Shown one piece after another: positions 12,201 to 24,985 of a stretch of 64,000 nt of DNA. Both the position numbers and the translations under genes were made by a program. Under the pieces are notes generated by a model. The model ran no database searches, was not told where the DNA came from, and was given only the letters and a program-made list of their open reading frames with translations. Within the stretch, counting starts at the first letter, position 1. Every line of letters begins with the position of its first letter. The DNA comes from Saccostrea cucullata (Eukaryota), in assembly GCF_032062105.1 (NCBI RefSeq), contig NW_026928842.1:62001-126000 (forward strand), written 5' to 3'.

Positions 12201-13193
12201 GTTAAATATCTCTAAAATTCGCATAAACATTTTCGTATTTGTTAATTTTGAAATTATCCTATTTCTTTTACAAATACAGATAACATTGAAAAAGGCGAAC
12301 CTTTTCAGCAAGAGGTGTTAAAACGAAGACGTCATGTTATTGGAACCGATAACCATCCCATCATTGGGTCAATCATGAACAATATGGGTGTAATGTATGA
12401 AAGAAAGAAAGATTTTCGTAAGGCTGCTGAATATTATCGAAACGGACTTAAGATCAAAGAAGAAACAAATGCGCCACTAAAGGCAATTATAATATCTGAA
12501 ACAAATGTAGCCCGGAGTTTACTAGAAAGTGGACAGGCCGAGGAAGCAATTATTCTGCTGGAGAATAGTTTCAAGCGTCTCGATGATTTTCCATCTCTTT
12601 TTAGCGATGCAAAATCTTTGCTTTGGGAAGCAATGGGCAACGCATTTATTAAGTTGAACAATTTTGAGGAGGCAGCGGAGTCTTTCAAGAAAGCAATAGA
12701 ATATCGATCTCACAGTTCTGCCATGGATCATTCTATTTTAGGTTTGGTATGTTTGTATGCCAAAAGTCTACTGGCGTTGGCTGAATATGAGAAAGCTATA
12801 AAGGAAATAAAGAAAGGTCTTTGTTTATGTGACTTAATCATTAAAAATAACCCAACGAATCCTACTATCATTCTAACATATGAGAAGTTAATGGAAGCGC
12901 AATTTGCTTTAAAGAGGAGAAAGGACTTGGAGAAAACCTATGAAGGTGGAATAGCCGAATTCTATCGGTTGATTAAAGTGTACGAGAATTTGAAGAACTT
13001 CAATAAAAGGCAGGATGTGTTGGACCATCTTCGGAAGTTCAAAGCAAGATATGCTGAAATGCTTGCACAGTTAAATGGTGAAATACCCGTTGAAGGCTGC
13101 ACTAATAATATAGTAACTGTTGTATCATTTTGTACGCTGAGAGTTATTTGTGTGGTGTTTCTGTATGTGTGCATGAAAATTAAAGAACAATAA
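9246..13193 (+). CDS. NB-ARC-like STAND ATPase + winged helix + TPR repeat protein, copy 2 (~823 aa, 8 exons, hydrophobic C-terminal tail)
   Basis: Exons 9246-9942, 10172-10285, 10365-10508, 10698-10934, 11056-11168, 11455-11603, 11908-12011 and 12280-13193, all GT-AG, total 2472 nt in frame. Motifs: FIGRRSEL, Walker A GLKGIGKT, Walker B IIVFDNAE, CEGLPLAL, RFDIHGILR, and kinesin-light-chain-type TPRs (HPIIGSIMNNMGVMY..A..YY..GL.IK). Confidence 0.9.
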
Positions 13194-14153
13194 CTCTAAA
13201 TCTGTTTAAAGAGATATTTGATTACATTTACAAAAATGTCCAGCATTATTTTCAGATTTGTAATAATTATCTTTATGTGCTTTTGACTGAGGGTGTACAA
13301 ATGATTCAATTAGAAGGACTTGTCAACATGTATCATGATAGTGGAATCGAAGGCTGCACTAAGGACCAACATTTTTACCCTTTTGGCTCTGAATAAGCGG
13401 ACGTTCTTACATCTCTCCAAGGGGTAGACATATATGTTACGATATGAATTTGAATGCAGTGATATTGCAGAAACCATGATTATAATAATACTTACGCCAT
13501 ATTTAAATTGCCAATAAAGCTTGGAACTTTGACCAGTGCGTACAGTCCGAGTAATCTATTGAATTCTTTTCTCACTTTTGAATTATTGAACACAAAAGTA
13601 TAAATAGTTTTCATATTCATAAGATGTTCCCGAAAACATCTTTAAGTGTTAAGCACTATGAAAAATACAAACCCATTCTACATGATTTTTTTTTAAATTT
13701 GCGTAATTTACTTTATTTATCATATTTTCTGACAAGAATGCATATCATGTATAATTTCTTAGCATCATTTACAGATATTTTATTTGGATACATGGCATGT
13801 CAAATCAACATCATTCTAATAACGAGTCTGTGTCTAAAATGATCCATAAATCACGTGTTCAATATTCACATCAATTCATTGAAAATACTATTTAAGATTA
13901 GCGAACATAGATCTTCTTCTAGAGCATGATATTTATATTCAGTAAGTGAGTACATTTTTCAAATATTCTAACAAATCATGTGATGGGGTCCATGCTTTCA
14001 TCAATTCACTGAATGTGCGGTACTTTCTATTCAATTCTGCTTCTGCTTTTGCATTTCGATTTCTCCTACAAAACAAATATAGAAATATATATTGACACGA
14101 CGTCTTATAAAAACACTTGACAAACATAAACAAATCAATAATTGTAACCTTAC

Positions 14154-14425
14154 GTTGAATCCTCCTATGCCACCGGTACTGTTGAACATATCCGACAGCT
14201 TTTAAATCAACATGTTTTAAAACATCTATCAAAAATCCTGTATTTAATAATCTATGCCTCCGAAGATAGTCAAAATCCTCTTCAATAGAACTATTGTTGA
14301 GTACCCTTGATTGAAGGCATTTCATTAATTCTTGTTTCCACGCCTGGAAATTCTCTCCATTGTATTTGCTATCGTCCAAGTATCTTTTAGTTAAGGTATT
14401 TAATATCTCAGTTTCCTTAAAGAAT
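14154..14425 (-). CDS. Coding exon with death-effector-domain (DED)-like pattern; gene limits unresolved
   Basis: TTTTACAG acceptor (14426-14427) and C|GTAAGG donor after 14154. The peptide ...LMKCLQSRVLNNSSIEEDFDYLRRHRLLNTGFLIDVLKHVDLKAVGYVQQY fits the DED helix 4-6 hydrophobic pattern (F..L....L....L.D.L..V......V..Y) by eye only. Confidence 0.4.
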
Positions 14426-15719
14426 CTGTAAAAGTCAGTAAGAATAGAGCAAATTCGAACATAAAGAGGTATGATGTGAATGCAATTATGCTGATCATTT
14501 TTAAATAAAGTTTTCTTATTATATGATAGTATTATTATAATTTGGAAGGTCGAGAGAGAGAGAGAGAGAGCAAATGCATAACTAGGGCTAATTGTAACGG
14601 GGACCGTTACAGATGTTCCCCAAACGCTCCCCATGTCCCTTTTCGTGCCATAGCTTTTCCTGTAAGACCTTTTATAAATATACTAAGCATTTAAGGATTT
14701 CATTGAAAGATATAAAAGTTACAATGATATCAACTATATATCGTTTAATGTTTTGCATGGGCGCACACGTACATGTACATGCATCAAACTCCATACAGTG
14801 TCGTTATACGAATAACGCCACTGCCACAGGCTTTCCAAACTTTTTCCAAAATCTGGAAAATTGGTTGAACTAGGTCATATCAAAAGGCCTGTGGCAGCGA
14901 TGATATGGAGTTGTAGCGTAACGTAATAAGCTGTTTGGAGCTTGGTACATTGCATATGCAAGATGATCATGGCATGTTGGTTAAGCGATTAACACAGAGA
15001 TACAGAAAGTTACCACATTTCAAGTATATATCATTTTTTGAGATTTTAAGAGAGAGAGAGAGAGAGAGCTAACCAATCAAAATGAAAGTCAATTTTAGTT
15101 CCATGCATAGAAAAGGGATTTTCCTTTAATCTGTTCAGATTTTTTTTATATATATCTCCTCTCTGGTCATTTTGACAACTCTGGTACCTGTGCCTAGTAA
15201 ATTTTATATACTATGTAAATAAATATATACATGTACATGTAAAGGTTTTTGACCGGAACTATTTATTTTTTCCAATGCATTGGAGGCTACTTTCTGGGGT
15301 TTACAATAGATATTCATAAAGACATTCGTATCAGCTAATGTGACCAATATTCTTTAAGACCCTCTTATTAATATATTTTTTGATATTTTTTTTACGAAGG
15401 GGCGTACATGTATATTGATTTTGAATTTCTGGGGATTGCGTAATTCTAAAAGAAATCAATTAAATTTCAAAGGTTAAATAAACAAAGGATGCTTGGTATT
15501 AAAATATTGTTTCAAATCAGTAGAATTGAATGCTATTAACGACATCCGAATAAATACATGTAAACATAGAAGGCTTATATACCAACTTTGTTCATCTGTA
15601 CTTTAATTTCAAACACGACAGGATTTGTAATTAATGAAATTAATAATTTCTATATACTTTGGAAACTCACATCAAATATTTTAATACTCTTTCTTCGAGC
15701 TCTTTTCTGCAGTTTCCTT

Positions 15720-16655
15720 AAGATGTTATGTGGATCCGAGGTGTAATTTGAGCTTTACAGCGATTCTCTACTTTGTGTGTGTGGGGGGGGGGGTCTTTCT
15801 ACCCTTGGGTTAAGGTCAAAGGTTAAGGTCGATTTCAAGTTCATAGGTCAAGGTCATTTTGGTAAATAGCTAATATCAACATTTTATTCAGGTTACTAGT
15901 GACCTTGACCTAAGTATCAAGGTCAAGGGTAAAAAGATCTGCTTCAGTATGTTACATGTCTTTACATTTAGAAGTTCTTAATTCTGCATGAACATCAAAA
16001 GACTTAAGTATACTGTCGTTTAACGCATTGTGTGTGCGCGCATATGCATGACGTCCTTGAATTTACTTTTGATGGTAGAATAATGTAGGCATTCATTATA
16101 TCTATTCATATTCGAAATTTCACCCTGTATTATTGAGAACTAAGAAAGTTTTAGGCATTTAAACTTTTAGCCAATCAGATTGCAGCACACGTGCATGTGC
16201 GTGCGTTCATGATTATTCTTATACATCATGCTGTAGATCTTCATAATGTATGACTATGTTCAAAATTTCAAAGGATTTTGTCAGAAAACAAAAAAGATAT
16301 AAAGACTTTAGTTTCAGCCAATCGGAACGAAGCGCACGTGCATGCGTGTGAGATCTTGCTATTTTGACCATGTCATCATGTCTATACTACTATTATATCC
16401 TTATATTATGAGTTTCAAAGCATTTCATCAAAAATTTAAAAGGTTACGGCTATATCTATCATATTGGTCATTTCACGCGTTACACGTGTGCGCACATGCA
16501 CGCACGTGCGCGCAAAATGACCTTCGTTCCGCACATCTACATAACATACCTAGTGACCCTAAAAGGTTTCACCTAGATCGGATGAGTAGTTTCTCGCGGA
16601 CAAAAAAAGTACCGGAGAAGAAAATTCTCAATATGTTCCCAAACTTCGTTTCATA
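15720..16655 (+). mobile_element. Degenerate Helentron/HINE-like element
   Basis: Repeated GGTCAAGGTCA/TGACCTTGA and GCACGTGC motifs, with a 3' end resembling other HINE ends (CAATATGTTCCCAAACTTCGTTT). Confidence 0.4.
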
Positions 16656-17459
16656 ATTAAAACTGGGTGAGATCGAACAAAAATTGCTTCCAAATATTCT
16701 TCTTAGTTATATTCCGTTTACATAAAATGCGTAATAGGGAAAGTAACTAAAATGATGCCAATTATTAAATAGAGAAAGAAAACAAAATAATACTGTGATT
16801 TGATAGAGAAAAAAATATCTACTCACAAATATACGTATGCCATAATTTCCATACACGAATCATTTAAACCCGTTTATCTTTTTTCGTCTTTGAATCTTTT
16901 CTCTCTCGAGTTGATCTCTCTTCTTATCTTAAAAATCAATATGCATACAAAAGATTAAAAAATTTTCAACAGATTCAAACCATGCAATTGCACTGATAAA
17001 TTCCTTAATAGTTAAGTATACAAACTGAACATGTATTTCATGCGTATTTAGAAATTACATGCATAAAATTTGTTCACATTCAATTTTGAAAAATTAAGAA
17101 ATTCATAAATAATTATATATATATATTTTAAAAAGGATATGTCTTAATTTCCTAAATAGATCGTGTGGAAGAAAAAAAAAACTATGGAAGTTTTTTTTTC
17201 CAATAAACGTATTGGTACAAATGAAATAGTTTTATTTTACATTTAACTAAAAAGTGTAAGCTTATTTTTTTAAATTAATTGTTGTAAGGATAAAATGAAT
17301 ATTAATGTTAAAAATATACATAAACGAAGTATTTGTTATTTAAAAATAATACATATATTAGTAAGAGTATTCGTCAGAAAAACAGGCGAATATTTTTTCG
17401 TAAATAAAAAAGTATACAAGAGTAAAATTTATTAAAAAAATTAATTTGAAGATAAATTG

Positions 17460-17830
17460 TTTTTAGTTAATCTAAGTCGAAAGCTTAACTGAACCTTTTC
17501 TGATCAAAACGTTGTTGTTGTTGTTTTCATGACCTTGTCACATTTTCATCTTCCAGACCCAACAGCATAATTCCAAACAAACGTAGCATACTTTATCCTT
17601 GGGTAATGTTTAAACTAAGGGCCACACCATCCTTCATTGGGGGATAATTACAAAAAGGAAACAATAGGTGGGATCAATTGAAAATCTGCTCAAGAACCAC
17701 TGGACCACATGTGAGTTTGTTTAACTCATGATCTCCCAAAATAGTTACGTCTTTAGGAACGATTATAGGGAGTACATTTGATAACTATTGACTCAAAACT
17801 TTTTTACTTAGGAAATACCAAACTTAAAAA
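17460..17830 (-). mobile_element. Degenerate fragment of the Cg170-carrying Helentron family
   Basis: TTTTAG...GAAAGCTTAACTGAACCTTTTCTGATCA...CACATTTTCATCTTC...CTCAAGAACCACTGG is a diverged reverse complement of the 3' end at 1070-1206. Confidence 0.5.
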
Positions 17831-18460
17831 TTGTCTTCATTACGAAAATAATGAAGGAAAGTCTTTCCACCCCCCCTTTTTTTTTTTACAGATATTGACA
17901 GTGTGTCTTTTCTAATGAGCAACCATTAGCATGTAATATGATGTTGTTTTAGTACTCATTTGATTACAGTGGTGCTCTTTCATTTCTATGATAAACACAC
18001 AGGTTATTATTAACATTCTTTATAATTTATGAAAACATAATTAAAACGTACGATTTTTTTAGCAATGTGAATTCTTTGCAGAAATGAACATTTTTTCTCG
18101 ATTGTTAAGAATGATTAATAACGTCCGTTATAAGGCTGATAAATTCTCAATTATTGAAGCAGGATTGCTTTCACAGGAAAACGCAGATTCATACAAAGAG
18201 TTGTTATAGGATATCCTTCAACAAGGAAATCCTTTTTTTTTAATTCTCAACCCACAAAACCTATGTTCAGGGTCAAGTATTTTCTAAGTCATAAAATATG
18301 TATTATTTGCAGAAATGAGAGGACCTTACTAGGAAGTATATTGTATTTTTAACGCTAAATCTAAATCTTTTTACTAAATATTGCGTTAGTGCTGCTTGAG
18401 TTGTTGCACTCGATTACATAACGACAGCGTATGACCTTGATTTCAAGGTGATGAAGAAAA

Positions 18461-21400
18461 ATGGCGATCTTTGTGGGTAGACGGAGGGAGTTGGAAGAAT
18501 TACGAGAAATGTGTCGTTTTTCTGATTTGATTTTGATCCATGGATTGAAGGGGATAGGAAAATCATCTTTTGTAAAACAATTTTGTGAAAATATAAACCA
18601 CATTTTTATCGACGTTCGGCGGAGAGAGGAAGATCCTTTACAACTAATTGAAATGTTAGAATCAGAAGTAGGAGGGATCCGAAGAATAAAGAACTGTGAG
18701 ACAAATAAACCATCCGTTGAAAATAGCGATTTATTAAAAACTGATAATGCTTATTCAGCAAGTAACCGGAGACAGGAAATCGAAATGCTTTTAGTTTTGG
18801 ACAATGCAGAAGAAATATGCATCGATTCAGGATCAATTTCCACATTGACTTCCATTTCCACATTATCTGGTGTGACAATTTTGATTACATCAACCTTCTG
18901 TCCTGTCGAGATGAATGAACAGATAATAGAGCTACCTTTAAAACCCCTTTCACACACTGATGCTCATGAACTTCTCAAAACTATTTGTCCCTCAATGGAA
19001 GAAGATAATTATTTTGTGTGCAAAATTATTGAATTGTGTGAAGGGATTCCACTTGCTCTCCAGATAGTAGGGTTAGAATTAGAAAGTAGATTACTTACAC
19101 CAGAAGATCTGGTGATTCTTCTCACTAAGTCCAGACTGAAGGTATTAAGTCAAGAGTATTTTCCAAAAAATGATCAGATAGGTAATATTTTTTTCAATCT
19201 TTGTTAAATGACTAAGAATGTGTTTATTTTGTCTATCGCACAATACCTAGTTGCGTTTAATTTAAAATGTAAAAAGTACCGCCGTCTAAACAATTGACAA
19301 ATACTAAAGTTTATAAAATACATGAGATATTGGCAACATTTGATAATTTGATTTAAGATTTTTTTTTACTAATGGGATAGATATTGTTGAAATCTTATTG
19401 AATGAATGAGTGGTTGTTTGCTTGTTTTAATTTTTACGTCCCATTTGATAATTTTTCACTCATGAAGATATATTTCTATATCCGGTGAAATGCCAACTCA
19501 TTCATGGGGGAAATCTGTTTGAAACTAAATAGTTAAAATGCTTTACTTGTTCTCCTATTGCAGACTCAACTTACAGAGAATTTCTAAATAGGATATCTGA
19601 ACCATTACAAGACGCGCTATCGACATTAAATTATATTCCAGGGACTTTTAACGCGCATGAGGCTTCCAGCATTTTGGGTACGTACAAAATCTATTACCTG
19701 AAGTGATTCACCTCTTTTCTGAAATCATTTTCCAGGTAGAAATATTAGGCAAATATATATCCATTCTTTAAAATCTTCTATAACTTGGTAAACCATATAT
19801 TCGCTTTTTGATATCACTTAGTGTCAATCAGCATCCGAGACTTATCTTTTGGTTATTTCACTTCAAATCTCTAAACATTTTTTTTTTTAAAATAAACAAT
19901 CGATGTTGTTTTACAAGTTCATCTTTGCATTTCATTTAGGTGTTGACAATGTCAACATTAATAATACTCTACGTAGCTGTAACCAATATCATCTGATCTT
20001 TAAGAGTGAATCTGCCAATAGATACGACATCCATGGGATATTGAGAGATTGTGTGAAGGAATTCATTAAAATAAAGCATTTACCAAGTAATTATACGAAT
20101 AGAAGTGATTGCATGAGTCTTAAACATGTATCGTTGCTTAAGGTTTCAAACTGAAATATTCAGTATTGTATTATAAAAATTATAAAATTCAGTCAGTTTC
20201 AATCGCCTCAATTTTAGGTGTTCGAAAGAGATTTTGTGAAACTTTTTCAAGGATTTTACAAGAGATTGAATCACGATCCAGCACTGAGGATTACTGTTGG
20301 GCCATGAGTCAGTTTAGTTTAGAATATGGTAATATCTGGAAACTGTTTAAAGAAGTGATTAATTGCCCCTCGGACTGTTATCACGTGTTTGTAGAATTAG
20401 CCACCACGCTTACCATAGGGAGGGTCCTGCTGAAAACAATGACACTATATCGTAAGTCTGTAACTTCATAAATCGGTGTCTGTTTTGAATTTATCGTATA
20501 AACTTTAATATGTATATTGTTTTAACTAACCAACAGAAGCAATGATTGAATTTTTCGGCCATTGTCTAGAAAGAACTAGGTTGTTTGGGCAAGAACTAGA
20601 CGAAGCTAGAGTACTATCAGGATATGGACGAGTTCTTACAAATATTACGGTAAAATATTACAAGAATCATGTGAAAGACGAAGGAATACGAAATTTATTC
20701 CTATAATAAATCAAATCAATTTTAAACGCTTCTAAAATACAATACTAGTATATATATTTTTTTCCAAAACCTTCATATAAAATCATTTTCTGCAACCATA
20801 AAAAAAAAATTAATTGGGAAAAGTTGTCAAATGTTTCTTTTACATCCATCATTATAATATAATTGGTTTAAAGGTCAGTTTCTGTTTGCAAAAATTTCCT
20901 TTACTTATTAAAACAAAAATGTTCAAAGGCAAAGTATGAATTTTTATCCCAATATGTTCTACAGGGAAACTTAGTTGAAGGTGCTGAGATGTATCAACGA
21001 GCGTTAGATATAAGGAGACGTCATCCCAAGACTCGTGATTATCATCTGGCCTTTCTTCTTCAGAGCTATGGATGGAACCTTGGAATGCAAGGAAAATACA
21101 AGGCTTCTTTAAAGTATCTTTCATAAAAGATTTCAAACAATTATTTTTATGAATTTTTTATGTATGAATTTATTATGTAGGAATTTTGACTTTTGTTTAG
21201 GTACCTGAGAGAGGCTTATTGTGTTGAACAAGGTTTAGGAATGTACTCCGAAAGACTCATTTTACAGACATTGCAATCTTTGGCCTTATTCTACATATTT
21301 TCGGGTAAGAATTTTAAAAAGAAATATAAGCATGATGGTGGGATCTTTTTGATCTTTAAGCTAAGCATATATTTCTTTCATGATTATTTTTTAATTGCAG

Positions 21401-22200
21401 ACGATATTGAAAATGGCGAACAGTTTCAGGTTGAATGTTACAAAAGAAGATTAAAAGCAATAGGGACGAAAAATCACCCAATAATGGGGTCTACGCTAAA
21501 CAACATGGGTTGCATGTTTTTAAGAAAAGGTGACATAAATACAGCACTCGACTATCAAAGACAAGGTTTAGAAATAAAGATTTCAACAGGAGCCCCAGTG
21601 AAAGACATAGCTCTCTCTGAAAGGGATCTTGCAGAAACCATTTTAGCTAAAGGAGACTATAGTGAAGCCATTACACTGTTGGATCAAGCGCTCACTCGTC
21701 TACAAGGATTTCCCGGACTTTTTGATGACGCCAAGGTCTTGTTATTAAAAACAAAAGGGAAATGTTATTTCAAAGCACGTGCATATTCTGAAGCAGGTAG
21801 ACATTTCCAAAAGGCCATTGATCTGAAATTGAAAACATGCGAAGAAGATAGCTTTATGGTAAAATTATATTGCTTATATGCAGATGTTCTCCTTGCTCTT
21901 GGAGAAAATGCAAAGGTGGTCAGAATATTGGAAAAGGCCCTTTTTAGAAAAGACAGTTTCATTCAACAGACACCTACAAATAAAAGTTTATTTCATTCAT
22001 ACAGAATTTTACTCGAGGCACATTTTTCTTTAGGGAACAGGGAGGAATTGTTTAGAACATATTATGATGGATGTTTTGAATTGCAAAGACTGATTAAGGT
22101 TTTTGAAGAAGTTCCGAATTTTTATAGAAGAGCGGAGATGTCAGAAAATCTTCAAAAATTCACAGAAAGATTTAAAGAAATGAAAAGATTTTTAGATTAA
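18461..22200 (+). CDS. NB-ARC-like STAND ATPase + TPR repeat protein, copy 3 (~793 aa, 8 exons, no hydrophobic tail)
   Basis: Exons 18461-19181, 19564-19677, 19940-20086, 20218-20451, 20537-20649, 20965-21113, 21201-21304 and 21401-22200, total 2382 nt in frame. Motifs: FVGRRREL, GLKGIGKS, LLVLDNAE, CEGIPLAL, RYDIHGILR and TPRs. Same intron phases as copy 2. Confidence 0.9.
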
Positions 22201-22859
22201 ATTAATATAATCTTAGCGTACACTGTATCTATTCAAAATGAAATTCAATATCGTTTGTTTTAAGAGTTGTAAGGAAAAAAATTAATAAATTAATTGCTCA
22301 TTTCTACACTTAAATTTTGTATAAATAAAATGAATTTTATAACAGATAGAACATAACTTGTGTTTGGCTTTTTGTTTGTTAAATAAGACACACTTTAACT
22401 ACAAAGCTGATGGAAAATAAAGGCAAAAAAATTGCAGTCAGTGATAAAAGTTAATCTCAGTAGTTTGTCATAGCAGACTAACATAAAAACCGCATTGTAA
22501 AACCTTTGAGTAAATTTGGGACATTTTTATTCCATAATCTTAATTGGTTCAAAAATATCTTTTTAGTTACTCATTTTATTCACAGTTACTCACATTAATG
22601 AAATATATATGAAACAAAAAACTAATTCTTAACATTTTATGCACAAATTGTAACGGCTAAGAAAAACAGATACATAACAAAAGTTGACAGAATAGGTTTA
22701 ACAGCAGCTGTAAAAAATAAATTGTAATAACAATTAAAATAATCAGAATAGACACGTATCGAAGTTTGCAAATTAATAAACTATTTTTGTCATATGCAAA
22801 GTTCTGATTTGATTTTACATTTAGATGTTAAAAAAAAATGTAAAATACAAGAGTAAAAG

Positions 22860-24985
22860 TTAAAAACCACGATTACCCGCAGAGATGCATCGGAATCCAT
22901 CTTCAAATTTCGTACATTTACATGTTTTATTGGGTAAACATTTCCCAGCGTTCATACAGTCAGAATCTTTTACACACACCTCTGTGTTTATAATAGTAAA
23001 ACAAGGACATCAAGCTATTTATACAATAAATTCAATCATAATCTAAATAAGCTCTTAGTTTCTGTAATCATTAGGCTAAAAGAAACATATATTTACTACC
23101 TTCGCAGTGCAGTCCTCTGATTTCTGGAATTACTTTCTTACACGTACATGTTCCATCACTATTACAGGTTCCACCATGTTTACAGTGAATGTCTAGTGTG
23201 CATGCTATCAACAATAAACTTAAATGTATTAATACAGATCTGTACATATAAATGAAAATCAGGGATAGGACTTGGGAGTTGGGAATTAAAAAACATATTC
23301 AAGCACCAATACTCTAGCAGTAAAAACAACTTTAAAAGCTCAAAATGTAGAAAAAAAGTCGCTTATAGATAAGATACGTTGCTATATCAAAGAATTAAAA
23401 TAAAATATTGGTGTTATCTATTCTCACCTACACACCAGGGGCCATGGAACCCTTGTTTACAGACGCACCTATGCGGCGCCCCAGAGCAGGTGCCTGCAAA
23501 TCCACAGGAACCATTCACTGACGGATGGCATGAGTCTAAATAATTAGAAATACATACATAGTTGTTTATATTTTTGTAAGATTACGATAGCTGATGTTCA
23601 GCATTTGGAAGAATTGATCAATTATCTTTTCAAAAATAGCAAAAAAAAAAAAAAATAATAAGAAGAAAAGACACAACACCTTCACAATGCTTTCCGTAGT
23701 ATCCAGTAGGTTGATACCCTATATCACACTCACATTTCCTAGGAATCCCTACGCATGCGCCGTGATTGTTGCAAGAATCTGGACCATCACACTCATCTAC
23801 GTTTTACAAAATAAAATTATATGTAATGTTTTATTGATTAATTACTCAAATAATTAAATTTTTTCTACCAAGATCTCTCAGTATAAATTGAATAGACGGA
23901 TCTTTGAAAAGGTAATTTGATATTAATAATCTCAGAAAGTATTGAACATTTTTACGAATTTTTGAACTTCCTGGGAATAACAATCGAAAGATAACTTCAT
24001 GAGAGAAAGAAATCCGTGAAAGAAAATTGAGTTGGATCTTTTGATAGCATGATAAGAAATAGTAATATAATGTACGTTCATTGACAGTATAATATTTAAA
24101 AAAAAAATACATTACTAAATTTTTATAAGTGCTTAAAATGAATCATTTTCAAAGGCAATGGAAGTTAGAGGTACTTTACCTTCACATCTAATTCCGTAGA
24201 AGCCCTCTTGACATACACATCTCCCCTCCTCACAATAGCCGCCATTACGACAAAAAATGGTCGTACAGGTATCTGATGATGAAGACACTAACACTAAAGG
24301 TAGAAATAAATGCACATCTTAAAGGTAACGAATCATTCATACTTTAATTTCTCTCATTTAAGTTTATTGTACACTGTTGTTTTATATGATATTTGCATGT
24401 AAGAAAACAGAAAATTTTACATTTTACATTGATTTGTTTGAATTGGCAACATGCTTTGGGCGGAGTTAGTTCAGAAAAAACTTACACCTCTATTGCAACA
24501 GATTTTATATTACATCTCTTGAATGAAACAAGTAAATACGACATTTCAATAATCTTTTTAAAAAGAAAAAAATCAACCATGTATACCATAAATACTTTGG
24601 TAAATCATGATTTCTGTCAATATCTTCATTGATATCTAGACCAAAAAAAAAAACCACATTATTTTAATCTTGACATTCTTATTGATATAATATTTTTGGG
24701 AACAGAAACAAATAATAAATAAAGGCAATTACTTTTGTAGAATTTATAATATGATATAATTGTTTAAAATGTATATAAAATCAAATTTAAATTTCATTTG
24801 AAATAAGATTTCAATTGCACACTTATATTAATTTACACAGTGTGATAATAATAACACGTAAAATCTACAAATAAATAGAAAACAAAGGGTGTGAAATGCA
24901 TCTAAAAGCGTAATCATGACCTCTACAAGAGTGAGTTGCTGAATAAGAACTAAAAGCAACGACAAAGAGACTACAATTGTAAGTC
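22860..24985 (-). CDS. Small, probably secreted protein with five EGF-like modules
   Basis: Phase-1 one-EGF-per-exon structure: ~24180-24290 (CTTIFCRNGGYCEEGRCVCQEGFYGIRCE), 23680-23796, 23428-23535, 23100-23204 and 22860-22981 (ends GNRGF*). Signal-peptide-like exon at ~24921-24984 (LTIVVSLSLLLVLIQQLTLVE). Start codon and 5' joins unresolved. Confidence 0.8.

Noticed and set aside
6280-22200. Prokaryotic Avs-type antiphage operon or bacterial contamination
   Set aside because: The genes have seven conserved GT-AG introns and sit among animal genes and bivalve-type repeats.
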